Shown here: positions 20,190-29,519 of the stretch, one piece after another
Numbering within the stretch: the stretch's first letter is position 1
How the letters are laid out: every line of letters starts with the position of its first letter
Assembly (NCBI GenBank): GCA_016840065.1
Contig: JAEOTB010000055.1
Coordinates: 1-53,551, forward strand
DNA length: 53,551 nucleotides
Reading direction: 5' to 3'
Source of the DNA: Candidatus Hermodarchaeota archaeon
GTDB taxonomy: Archaea; Asgardarchaeota; Hermodarchaeia; Hermodarchaeales; Hermodarchaeaceae
The notes under the pieces: generated by a model
What the model saw: the letters and a program-made list of their open reading frames with translations, nothing else
Told to the model about the DNA's origin: nothing
Databases searched by the model: none
Program-made: the position numbers and the translations under genes

Positions 20190-20351
20190 TTAGCAGATGA
20201 ACGAGCCGTCTCTGGTCCAGTCGGATAGACGGCCTATACGGAGGGTGCTCCACATGCAAGATTCCTTTTCAACTTTTGGCTTCTTCGGGTAGGAGAATGT
20301 GAAGTTGGAGTGGTCTAGAGTTGAGGAGGGTGTTTCTATTTGGTAGTTCAT
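20190..20351 (-). CDS. Small hypothetical protein (53 aa; absent from ORF track) upstream of the MFS gene
   Basis: RBS AAGGAG, ATG start: MNYQIETPSSTLDHSNFTFSYPKKPKVEKESCMWSTLRIGRLSDWTRDGSFIC*. It ends 15 nt before the MFS start. Confidence 0.6.
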   Translation of the reverse strand: MNYQIETPSSTLDHSNFTFSYPKKPKVEKESCMWSTLRIGRLSDWTRDGSFIC

Positions 20352-20563
20352 TATGGTTGGCTCCTTTTGGTTGTGGGTGGCGGGTATGACATGAGTGACT
20401 ATATGTATTGTCTACCATTATACCTTGCCACACAAGGTATATCGAGAGATACATATATTTAAGGTTTATGGTACGATAACGAAGAACCCTACACCCCAAG
20501 CTTTCAACGTTGACAAGGCTTTTCCCCTAACAAGCCAGTAGTAAGGGAAAATCAAAACCAGAG

Positions 20564-21757
20564 GTGTACTCCTTGCTGAAGGATCTGGATAGTCTAATGG
20601 AAAAGTACAAAGTCGACGCCCTCTTCATCGAGGGCAAAAGCATTCACAAACCCAACCTATACTATGTGACCCGCTTCCTGACCGTAGACAACTGTTTCTA
20701 TGTAAAAGCACCAGGCAAACCAGGAGTAATCGCAGCAACAGAACTCGTCTGCGACCGAGCCCGAAAACTCTCATCGATAAAGGAATACCACAGCTTATCC
20801 CCAATCTATCAGAAAGCTGTTCTTGAAAAGATGGATCTATCTGAGACGGAAGAAGCCATCATATCAGAGACTATAAAGCAGCTCATGTCCACCTGTAAGG
20901 TTGTAGGTATTCCACGGGAAACCGATGCTCAAATCGTAGAGTACCTTCAACGGAGCGGGATAAAGACCAAATGCGTTAACGACCTCTTCTTGGAGGCACG
21001 TGAAACAAAGGATGCGTCCGAGCAGAAAGCGATTCAGAAGGCTAGCAGAGCAACAGAGGCCACCTTCGAGAAGGTTATTGACGTTATCAAGGATGCCAAA
21101 GTAGGAGCAAACAAGGTACTGCGCCACAAAGGAAAAGCCCTCACCGTTGGGGTCCTAAAGCGGATCATCGAACATGCTTTGGTCGACAACGCCGCGGAGA
21201 ATAGCCAGGAATCAATTGTCGCAGGGGGAAGAAGCGGTGCTGACTGGCACAACATCGGGCAACGCGCAGATAAACTCAAGGCCAATGAGCCCATCATCGT
21301 CGATATCTATCCTCGTCTCATAGAGGAACGGTATCACGCAGACATCACACGAACAGTGGTTCGTGGAAGCGTCTCTGCCAAGTTGAAGAAGATGTTCGAG
21401 GCAGTAGAATCCGCACTAGATGCTTCTATCGATGCAGCCAGGGTTGGTGGAACATCAACTGAGATGGTGGAGGCTATGGCAGATTCCCTTGATCGGGATG
21501 GGTTCGCCTCAGCTCATCGAACACCAGGGATTAAGGAGGGCATGCTTCACGGGCTTGGCCATGGCATTGGACTAGATGTCCACGAACGACCCAGACTATC
21601 TAAGAGGCCTCAGCCCATTTATGAGAATGCAGTTTTTGCAGTTGAACCAGGACTCTACTTTCTGAAAATAGGTGGAGTCCGCATCGAAGATAATGTAGTC
21701 ATCACCAAAAAGGGTGCAAAGAGGATTACAAAGCTCCCCAGAACTTTCTTCCTCTAG
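20564..21757 (+). CDS. M24 family Xaa-Pro aminopeptidase/dipeptidase
   Basis: VDIYP...YHADITRT, HGLGHGIGLDVHE, AVEPGLY, GGVRIED. Confidence 0.92.
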   Translation: MYSLLKDLDSLMEKYKVDALFIEGKSIHKPNLYYVTRFLTVDNCFYVKAPGKPGVIAATELVCDRARKLSSIKEYHSLSPIYQKAVLEKMDLSETEEAIISETIKQLMSTCKVVGIPRETDAQIVEYLQRSGIKTKCVNDLFLEARETKDASEQKAIQKASRATEATFEKVIDVIKDAKVGANKVLRHKGKALTVGVLKRIIEHALVDNAAENSQESIVAGGRSGADWHNIGQRADKLKANEPIIVDIYPRLIEERYHADITRTVVRGSVSAKLKKMFEAVESALDASIDAARVGGTSTEMVEAMADSLDRDGFASAHRTPGIKEGMLHGLGHGIGLDVHERPRLSKRPQPIYENAVFAVEPGLYFLKIGGVRIEDNVVITKKGAKRITKLPRTFFL

Positions 21758-21776
21758 CCGAATTGAAGAAATCGTG

Positions 21777-22331
21777 CTATTCGAGGGGTTCTGCATCTAG
21801 TAGGTGCGAAGGGCGGAACCGCTCCCCACAATCTGGGCACTCACCTTTGACCTTCATGAACTCCAGGTATTCGCCGTGATGTCCTTGAGCTTGGCAACTG
21901 GGACATAGAACTATTCTCTCTCCAGGATACAACTCAGCCTTACATACCACGCAGTGTCGGTGGGTTTCGATTTTCTGAGTGTGCTTGGGAGATTTGGCCA
22001 GGGATTTGTTGCAACTCCAACACTCCCTCTTTTCTAGATTGTTCCATTTGCCGCAACTAGCACATACCTTTACAGTAAGTTCATGCTCTGAAGAACGCCA
22101 ACCCCTGGGAGGTGAGACAACCCTCACTCGAGATGATTCCTCATCCGGTTGTTCCTCAGAAGATGTTTGGTAAGGAGGTGTATATCTTTCCGGCGTTGCT
22201 GGTCTTGGTCTACTGCTTCTAGACCCTCCACTAGATGGTCCACTAGCCGCCTTACAAATCCTGTAAATCACCCCGATAATGATAAAGATAATTACGATAT
22301 ATAATTCGAGGAATTCAAATTGTAAGATAAT
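21777..22331 (-). CDS. Membrane-anchored RanBP2-like zinc finger plus RING-like protein (1 module)
   Basis: CASCGKWN...CWSC and CVVC...CPSC...GH...CPDC. The frame stays open 20 codons upstream of the ORF-track start (22271) and encodes a TM helix starting at ATT. Confidence 0.75.
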   Translation of the reverse strand: MILQFEFLELYIVIIFIIIGVIYRICKAASGPSSGGSRSSRPRPATPERYTPPYQTSSEEQPDEESSRVRVVSPPRGWRSSEHELTVKVCASCGKWNNLEKRECWSCNKSLAKSPKHTQKIETHRHCVVCKAELYPGERIVLCPSCQAQGHHGEYLEFMKVKGECPDCGERFRPSHLLDAEPLE

Positions 22332-22378
22332 TTTTCACTTCCCAATTGCCTCATCACTTCTCAAAGAGATTATTGTGA

Positions 22379-23254
22379 CTAGGAGAGAGTAACTAATAAC
22401 TGGCTAGGCCGCATCCGCAGTTTGCAGATTGGGCAACCTCCCTTAGCTCTTACGAATTCATGCATGTGAGCACGATGTCCAGTTGCATGGCATTTAGGAC
22501 ATATCCCTGCTGCTTCTCCTATACTCACCCCGTAGCCGCAGACCACACAGCTGGTGATTGATTTTGTGGCGTGAGTCTGAGCAGTGGCGGTTTCAAGAGA
22601 TGTCTCACACTTCCAGCACTCCTCCTGTTCTGGACTGTTCCATTTCTTACATTTGCTGCAAACAAGTACTTTGAACCGGAAATCGATTGGGGTTCTTATG
22701 CTTCGTCCGGTCCGAGACACATGAAGAAGCTGGGCTTGTGTAAGATTCTGGTTACAACTAGGACATACGCTCTTTGTTCTGACGAAATCCATCAGATGCG
22801 CGCTGTGACCCTGAGCCTCGCAACAGGGAGTCAGAGAGATTGGATCGTCTTGGTATTGCCAGAAGGCGCAGACCGAGCAGTGGGGTTTTGTGTTAAAGGA
22901 ATGAGTGTGTTGAGTCGCCCCAGCTATTTCTCCTTTACAATGCCAGCAAGATTCCTCAACTGGGCTATTCATCTTACCACAATTGCCACAGAGAAGAACG
23001 AGAACATTTTTCCGGGCGGACTTCCATCGTCTCGGACTGGGGAGCGCATGTGGTATTGACTGTTTACTACCAGGAATAACTGTAGTAGATGGCCTTCTTC
23101 TGGGAGGAAGTGTCTGAGGTTGGGGTTGACGACCCGTGCTCGGGGGTGGGGTTTTTGGTTCACTCCCCCTCTTCTGTAAGTAGAATCTGCAGAGATAGCA
23201 TATCCCCATGATGATTGCTGAAAATATTGCGTAGGGGAGGTATACAATTTGCAA
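22379..23254 (-). CDS. Membrane-anchored zinc finger plus RING-like protein (2 modules)
   Basis: N-terminal TM helix, Pro/Arg linker, two copies of CxxCGKxN-x6-CWxC plus RING-like C/H pattern. Confidence 0.8.
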   Translation of the reverse strand: MQIVYLPYAIFSAIIMGICYLCRFYLQKRGSEPKTPPPSTGRQPQPQTLPPRRRPSTTVIPGSKQSIPHALPSPRRWKSARKNVLVLLCGNCGKMNSPVEESCWHCKGEIAGATQHTHSFNTKPHCSVCAFWQYQDDPISLTPCCEAQGHSAHLMDFVRTKSVCPSCNQNLTQAQLLHVSRTGRSIRTPIDFRFKVLVCSKCKKWNSPEQEECWKCETSLETATAQTHATKSITSCVVCGYGVSIGEAAGICPKCHATGHRAHMHEFVRAKGGCPICKLRMRPSQLLVTLS

Positions 23255-23260
23255 AGGGGA

Positions 23261-24130
23261 TTATCTCCGGGGTTGTTGCCTGGGGTGATGCGTTGTATGG
23301 GGTTTTGAAACGAGTAGGTGACTTGTTCTTAAACGCTGCCCACAGGTTGGACACTTTCCCTTAGCCTTTATTAACGCGAGTAAATGAGTTTTGTGTCCTT
23401 GGCAATGGCAATTGGGGCAAATTGCGATTAGCTCAGACGGAGTAAGCTCATAGCCGCAGGCGACGCAGCTTGGAGTGGATTTCACTATCTGAGTCTCCCT
23501 TTTTACCGCGGAGAGGGCTTTGGCGCAGCTCCAACAAGTTGTTTCGGTAGGATTATTCGCTTTCCCACATTCACAGACAAGGACCACAACTTTTTGCTCT
23601 AAGGGTTTCCATCGTCGAGAGGGTGGACGCCAATCAGGAGGAAGAACCCGAAGTAGATGAGCAGGTTTAATGCTCGCTTCGCAGCTGGGGCAAGAGCCCT
23701 TAGCTCTAACCCAATCTTGTAGGTGCTCTGTGTGCCCCTGGGAAAAGCAGCAGGGTGTTATCACAAGATGATCTCCAGAAAAAAGATAGTAAGCACAGAT
23801 AGAGCATCGTGAAGATGGGTCGAATGTGTGCAGTTGGTGTTCGAGAGAGGCTAGTGGCTTATTACAGCCCCAGCATTCTTTCTCTGAGGTGTTGTTTAAC
23901 TTGCCGCATTCACAGGTTATCGCCATGACTCGCTGCTCGGAAAGTATTTGTCGTTGTTGCCTTTGAGCAGGAGGAGTTACCGTTGTGGATCTTGCCTTTC
24001 TTTCCCCGCGCTTCTGTTCAGATGAACAGGCCTGTGCTATAGCAAGACATACTCCAACTATAATCACTACTACGATAATTATCATCAATGCGATGGTTTG
24101 ATAGTAAAGATAACTTGGTTGAAGAATCAT
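23261..24130 (-). CDS. Membrane-anchored zinc finger plus RING-like protein (2 modules)
   Basis: N-terminal TM helix and two ZnF+RING-like modules. Paralog of the two downstream genes. Confidence 0.8.
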   Translation of the reverse strand: MILQPSYLYYQTIALMIIIVVVIIVGVCLAIAQACSSEQKRGERKARSTTVTPPAQRQQRQILSEQRVMAITCECGKLNNTSEKECWGCNKPLASLEHQLHTFDPSSRCSICAYYLFSGDHLVITPCCFSQGHTEHLQDWVRAKGSCPSCEASIKPAHLLRVLPPDWRPPSRRWKPLEQKVVVLVCECGKANNPTETTCWSCAKALSAVKRETQIVKSTPSCVACGYELTPSELIAICPNCHCQGHKTHLLALIKAKGKCPTCGQRLRTSHLLVSKPHTTHHPRQQPRR

Positions 24131-24317
24131 TCATCTCTCCTTTATCTTGATTCAGTTTCTATTTCTTGGTGATATCAAGTTCTGTTGTGAAACCTCCAAC
24201 AGCCCTACTCATGGAACTGGTTACTTTAGTAATATTAGGTTTACGTTTTCTATAGAGTATTGGATTGTACGAAAGGAATTAATTTCTGTTAATATATTAT
24301 TTGAGTGGGTGTTTCTT

Positions 24318-25112
24318 GTGCCTTTCGCACAAATAGGTGATATCAAAATACATTATGAGATTGAAGGACAAGGTGACAATCTGCTACTCATTCACGGGGT
24401 CACAAGCTTCATTGGGAATTGGCGATTTGTACGCCCACATTTGAGCAAGCATTTCCATCTTGTATTACCAGATTTGCGGGGGCATGGACAATCCGACAAA
24501 CCCCTCACTCACTATTCTGTTGAGATGTTTGCCCAAGACATGATTGGACTTCTGGATGAATTGGGCATTGAGAGGTGCATTGTTGCTGGACATAGTCTCG
24601 GAGGGTTTATTTCACAGCAAGTTACATTGGATGCTCCCAAGCGAGTCCGGGCCCTTATTCTAATCTGCACTGCTCCTCGGGTTGATGTTGAAGCAGCAAT
24701 GGCACAAGTTCAGGTGTCCCAACAGCTACATGGATTACCTCCAGAACAGGTTATTGAGAAACAACTGGAACTCTATTATGAGAACCCTGGCGAATTACGG
24801 TCTACCCCAGGAATGATTGAGACCCTGAAGAAGGATATCAATCAGAGCCAGGAAAATCTAGTGAGTCATGGATACGCACAAGGTGCGGCAGTTGCATTCA
24901 ACGTGGAGGGACGATTGGACGAGATTCAGGCACCGACTCTCATAATTCAATGTGCACAAGACAAGACCTTTCCTTTGCGATGGGGTGAGTACCTTCGGGA
25001 TCATATCCCTAACGCTACGCTCAGAGTGATTAACAAGACAAGCCACTCAATTCAGATGGAACAACCTGAGAAACTAGCTCAAGCCATAGCAGAGTTCTGT
25101 AAGAGTATTTAA
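24318..25112 (+). CDS. Alpha/beta hydrolase
   Basis: LLLIHG, PDLRGHGQS, nucleophile GHSLGG, QD and H catalytic positions. Likely GTG start at MPFAQIGD. Confidence 0.9.
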   Translation: MPFAQIGDIKIHYEIEGQGDNLLLIHGVTSFIGNWRFVRPHLSKHFHLVLPDLRGHGQSDKPLTHYSVEMFAQDMIGLLDELGIERCIVAGHSLGGFISQQVTLDAPKRVRALILICTAPRVDVEAAMAQVQVSQQLHGLPPEQVIEKQLELYYENPGELRSTPGMIETLKKDINQSQENLVSHGYAQGAAVAFNVEGRLDEIQAPTLIIQCAQDKTFPLRWGEYLRDHIPNATLRVINKTSHSIQMEQPEKLAQAIAEFCKSI

Positions 25113-25136
25113 TACAGACGTTGGGAGTTTGCCTAG

Positions 25137-26237
25137 GTGGAACCACGAGAGAGAGTTCAGGCTGCGTTGAGCCATCGCCAGCCTGACAGTATTCCTATTG
25201 ACCTTGGTGGTCCAGCGAATAGCCTATCCAAATATGTCGCCGAGACTCTCGTGAAGCAGCTACACCTTCCAATACAAAAAATACCAATATGGCAAATTAT
25301 TCAAGGACAGATCGAGTTACCGGAGCCTTTGCTACAACACTTGAACGTCGATACTCGCCACATACACGGAACACCTCCAGAAAAACCACCAACCCTTACC
25401 GGTAAAACTGAAACCTTTGTAGACTGGTTGGGATTACACTACCAGAGGAAAGGACCATTCTTTGTTGTCACTGAACCACCCCTAGCTTCAGCTCGTTCAA
25501 TCAAAGATATCGATGCCTACCCTTGGCCCAAGCCCAAGGCATCATGGTTCAAGAAGGCAGCTGCACAAGCCCGTACCCATTACAAGAATGGATTCGCTGT
25601 AGTTGCCGACCCTTCGGCTCCAGGAGTATTCGAGCTGGGATGTTGGTTAATGGGTTGGACCCAGTTCCTTACAGCGCTTCTTCGAAGACCTCAATTTGCA
25701 GTCTATCTACTAGATAGGTCCTTGGAACTGCACAGACAGTTTTGGCAATGCTTCCTTGAAGCGGTGGGTGATTACACTCAAATCGTAGTACTTGGCGACG
25801 ACTATGGTATCAATACCGGACCTTTCATGGACCCAGAATTGTTCAAGCAGCTGGTGCAGCCACGCCTGAGTCAACTGGTAACCCACATCAAGGCTGTGGC
25901 ACCCGTTGCTGTAATGCTTCATTCTTGTGGTGCTATTCACTCTCTTATACCGAGTTTGATTGATGCTGACATTGATGTGTTAAGCCCCATCCAGCCCCTT
26001 GTTTATGAGATGAGAGCTGCCCAGTTAAAGGATAAGTTCGGTGAAGACCTTACGCTTCACGGAGGAATTGACCTTTACCGCCCAGAAACAACAAGCCTTG
26101 AAAGCTTACATCGGGAACTCAAGACACTTGCTACAAGTGGGGGCTATATTTTTGGATTAACTAATTCTGTATTAGATCCCTCCCAGCTAGACCACTTCTT
26201 GAGAGTTTTTACCTCTGTTAGGGAGCTTAAGATGTAG
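25137..26237 (+). CDS. Uroporphyrinogen decarboxylase / MtaA-like methyltransferase family protein
   Basis: MEPRERV..AL.HRQPD, GDDYG, LHSCG, LHGGID, GGYIF. Confidence 0.85.
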   Translation: MEPRERVQAALSHRQPDSIPIDLGGPANSLSKYVAETLVKQLHLPIQKIPIWQIIQGQIELPEPLLQHLNVDTRHIHGTPPEKPPTLTGKTETFVDWLGLHYQRKGPFFVVTEPPLASARSIKDIDAYPWPKPKASWFKKAAAQARTHYKNGFAVVADPSAPGVFELGCWLMGWTQFLTALLRRPQFAVYLLDRSLELHRQFWQCFLEAVGDYTQIVVLGDDYGINTGPFMDPELFKQLVQPRLSQLVTHIKAVAPVAVMLHSCGAIHSLIPSLIDADIDVLSPIQPLVYEMRAAQLKDKFGEDLTLHGGIDLYRPETTSLESLHRELKTLATSGGYIFGLTNSVLDPSQLDHFLRVFTSVRELKM

Positions 26238-26338
26238 CGTAATAGTAAAAGCTTATTTGCAGAAAGGATAGAAAGGGAGAGATATTAATCCTCACTAAGC
26301 CCTTGCTTTGAGGATTGAATGACTAGTGGTGTTCCCTG

Positions 26339-27790
26339 TTGATACTGCCGGCTGTCTTCGTAATGGTGCTTTTCATCGTAACAATTCTCATGATAACATT
26401 GGATATGACCGACCACACTTTGGCAGCCCTTCTGGGGGCATCAATCCTTCTCATCTTTCTGGCTCAGATTTGGCCTGTTTGGCAACCCGCAATGGTGGAG
26501 CATTTCACTCATGAGGCTGCGATAGCCCTGGCTGCGGGTAATATGGCTGAATATTCAGAATACTTAGCGTTGGCGTCAGAATATGCCACACTCGCTGGCT
26601 CCTTCAATCTCGACACCTTCTCTTTCTATTTCACTCGCTGGATAGACCTGGGCACAATCATCGTCATTCTATCGCTGATGGTCATCACAGAGATTGCCCG
26701 GGATTCAGGTCTCTTTCAATTCATCGCTGTAAAAGCTCTCAGACTAAGTGGAGGTAGTCCAAGGAAGCTCCTTATGATTTTTTGCGCCCTTACTTTCGCG
26801 ATGTCCTCAGTTCTAGCCACTACAGCATTGATAGTAGGTCCATTGACAATCCTAGCTTGTGATGCGTTAGAACAAAACCCCGTACCCTTCCTTATATCCA
26901 ATGCGATGTGTGGCAATGTCGGCGGGATTACGACGATGATATCTAGCGTTCCCTGTATGCTTGTCGCGGGTGCGACTGCTTACGATTTTGCCTGGTTTGT
27001 TATCAACCTCTTCCCGCTAGGCTTGATGCTTCTTGGGGTTACAATCTTTATAGCACTGCAGTTGTTCCGTAAGGAATTCTCCACACCAAGACCCCAGCGC
27101 GTCAGAGACCTAATGGCGCTGGATGCCTGGGATATGGTTCGGGACCGAGGAGTCTTTTACCGAACCGCTATCCTATTCATAGGTCTGGTCATCGGATTTG
27201 TCGTCTTTGGTTCCCTTGGGCTTAGTTGGCTCGTCGCTCTAGTTGGCTGCCTAATCTTTGTAGTTTTCAGTGGTGTTGGTCCCAATCGACTATTCCGTGA
27301 GGTCGAGTGGACCGCCCTATTCTTCTTCATCGGACTCTTCATGGTGGTAGGTGGACTTGAGGAGTTCGGGGTGCTTCACGCGATTGGTGAAGGAATCGCG
27401 GGGATAGTCGGTAGCAACCAGGTTCTGGCTACGGTGATGCTTTTGTGGGTAACAGGGATTACCAGTGGTGCCGTTGACAACATCCCTGTGACAGCTACTC
27501 TAATCCCGGTAGTTAGTATTGTTGGTGAAGGATTACCCGCAGGTGCTATAGGAACACTCTATGGCTCGCTCACGGTAGGTGCTGTACTCGGAGGCGCACT
27601 AACACCGATAGCTTCTGCGGCCAATGTTCTGACGATGACAGTTGCCAGGAAGGAAGGGCGACCGATTCCCTACAACAAGATGTTGGTGACTGGGGCTGTC
27701 TTGTTCTTCGTCTTCCTTGGCATCTCAACAGGTTATATGTTGTTTAGACTCGCAATGTTCCCACTGGCAGCGCCACCTAGCTTCTCCTAA
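26339..27790 (+). CDS. ArsB/NhaD (IT superfamily) permease
   Basis: SGLFQFIA, NVGG, VEWTALFFFIGLFMVVGGLE, SGAVDNIP, GGALTPIASAAN. Confidence 0.85.
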   Translation: MILPAVFVMVLFIVTILMITLDMTDHTLAALLGASILLIFLAQIWPVWQPAMVEHFTHEAAIALAAGNMAEYSEYLALASEYATLAGSFNLDTFSFYFTRWIDLGTIIVILSLMVITEIARDSGLFQFIAVKALRLSGGSPRKLLMIFCALTFAMSSVLATTALIVGPLTILACDALEQNPVPFLISNAMCGNVGGITTMISSVPCMLVAGATAYDFAWFVINLFPLGLMLLGVTIFIALQLFRKEFSTPRPQRVRDLMALDAWDMVRDRGVFYRTAILFIGLVIGFVVFGSLGLSWLVALVGCLIFVVFSGVGPNRLFREVEWTALFFFIGLFMVVGGLEEFGVLHAIGEGIAGIVGSNQVLATVMLLWVTGITSGAVDNIPVTATLIPVVSIVGEGLPAGAIGTLYGSLTVGAVLGGALTPIASAANVLTMTVARKEGRPIPYNKMLVTGAVLFFVFLGISTGYMLFRLAMFPLAAPPSFS

Positions 27791-27811
27791 CAAGGAAGAA
27801 ACACTGGGTAT

Positions 27812-27843
27812 AAAGAAAAAGGGGAGAGCGGGGAAGACCCCGC
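27812..27843 (-). terminator. GC hairpin plus U-tract terminator between convergent genes
   Basis: gcgggg-aaga-ccccgc (27828-27843), followed on the minus strand by tctcccctttttcttt. Confidence 0.6.
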
Positions 27844-27854
27844 ATGATCACATC

Positions 27855-28517
27855 CTAGTGAAGGAAGAAGTAGAGTATTCCTCCTCCTGCACCGAAAAGG
27901 AGGTAGACAGCTACTAGGGCAATGGCCTGAGCGAAGCCTGCGAACGCTAAGATTAGCAGGAGTGGCCTTGAACCGAAGATACCGCAGATTAGTTGGAGGA
28001 GATGTTCAGCCCACCTGAAGAGGGCGAACACAAAGACACCAACCACAATAAAGGCGATAATCACCAGCCACTTCAATGAGACAAACGCTATGATGAAGTC
28101 AGGAACATATAATGCGACTAGAATAGCCGCACCAATCCCTGCGGCAAGTCCAAGGAGTGCCGCCCACGATATTTTGGTGAAAGGGGTGAGGAATAAACCA
28201 AGAGCTGCCCAGCCCAACAAGATTAGCGTCAGTAAGTCCCCATAGGGATGTCCCACGCCAAAGAAGACTGGATAGAACAGGAGAGACACTAGAGAGGCTA
28301 GACAAAGGATACCAAATGGTATGCCTAGAAATCCAACTAGCCTGACGAGTCCCCGTCGCCAACCGATTGGGGGGGCTTCTGCACCGGATTCTTCTTCACT
28401 TTTGGATGGCCGTTGAGGCTCGGGCATTAGCGCATCTATAAACCAAGAGAAGGCTGAGATGGAGGCTAGCCCGAGGAACAGTGGAGTGAGGTTTGAGAGT
28501 ATCAACGTGATAGACAT
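27855..28517 (-). CDS. Hypothetical polytopic membrane protein
   Basis: About 6 hydrophobic helices. RBS GGTGGAG upstream. Confidence 0.75.
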   Translation of the reverse strand: MSITLILSNLTPLFLGLASISAFSWFIDALMPEPQRPSKSEEESGAEAPPIGWRRGLVRLVGFLGIPFGILCLASLVSLLFYPVFFGVGHPYGDLLTLILLGWAALGLFLTPFTKISWAALLGLAAGIGAAILVALYVPDFIIAFVSLKWLVIIAFIVVGVFVFALFRWAEHLLQLICGIFGSRPLLLILAFAGFAQAIALVAVYLLFGAGGGILYFFLH

Positions 28518-28812
28518 TTTTTATCTCCACCACTACTCGTTGAAAGGGGGTTGAGACCTAAAACTCTTTGTAATTTGACTTCAATATTTGTGGGAGGTTG
28601 AATACCAGTTAATCCACTTTCTCCCTTATTTTTTCAATCTCGGTTGAGATATTACCCAAATACTTGAGTACGCTGTTCATTTGTTCGATAAGTGTTTGTA
28701 ATAATTTGACCATAGCTACTTGAGATGACATGATTCATCAAATCCAACTTGTAGTGTAACTTGATGCGTATTCAGGTCTTAAAAACGCTGGGTAATTAAA
28801 GAACCTTGGAGA

Positions 28813-29475
28813 TTAATCTGAAACCTTGTAGAAGTGTTTGAGGAAGGGGAGTGTGTCGAGGAGGTTCTGACTTCGGACTACTTCTGTAGCCCGTGATGCC
28901 ACGTCGTCATGGCTAGGATTGAAGGCTATTGAAGCGCCTGAGACATTGAACATAGGGAGATCGTTGTACGAGTCTCCGATGGCGACACATCTGTTGAGGG
29001 AGATATCAAATTCTTGGACGATTCTGTGTAGGATTTCGTGTTTGTTCTCCAATCCTACAACTACGTCGACACCACAGATTAGACCTTGTCTGTCTACTAG
29101 GAGCCTATTAGCATAGCCCACATCAATGCCCAATACTTCCTGAGCTATTGAGGTAAATAGTGTCAAACCGGAGCTTATGATGGCCGTTTTTACCTTCCAG
29201 CGATGGAGTGTATCGACTAGCTCTTGGGCTCCTGAGATGAAGGTTAGCCCATCCATTGCTGCCTGTTGAAGTTCACTTATGGGAACTCCATGCCAAAGCT
29301 GGACATCGAGCTCAGCCCATCTGGCGTAACCTATCTTACCTGAATAGTAGAGATCAGCGTTTCCCTTTGCAGCCTCTAGTGTACCAAGGTGGTGGTGTAT
29401 CCAGCGCCAAGAACTGTCAAGACGGACCAGTGTTCCATCTAAATCAAAAGCAGTAAGTCCTGTTATAGATGACAA
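28813..29475 (-). CDS. serB: HAD-superfamily phosphoserine phosphatase-like hydrolase
   Basis: FDLDGTL, IISSG, K, AIGDSYND, IAFNP. Confidence 0.75.
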   Translation of the reverse strand: MSSITGLTAFDLDGTLVRLDSSWRWIHHHLGTLEAAKGNADLYYSGKIGYARWAELDVQLWHGVPISELQQAAMDGLTFISGAQELVDTLHRWKVKTAIISSGLTLFTSIAQEVLGIDVGYANRLLVDRQGLICGVDVVVGLENKHEILHRIVQEFDISLNRCVAIGDSYNDLPMFNVSGASIAFNPSHDDVASRATEVVRSQNLLDTLPFLKHFYKVSD

Positions 29476-29519
29476 AGTGTGATCCTCCCTGAATACCTAC
29501 ACCCTTCTTATTAGGCTTC

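Noticed and set aside
23252-23263. In-frame TAA between two RING-like genes, suggesting one split gene
   Set aside because: The downstream gene has its own GGAG RBS, TTG start and TM anchor matching paralog N-termini, so two genes is the simpler reading.
24147-24317. 57-aa N-terminal extension of the alpha/beta hydrolase
   Set aside because: It spans the AT-rich divergent promoter region, and family similarity starts at MPFAQIGD.
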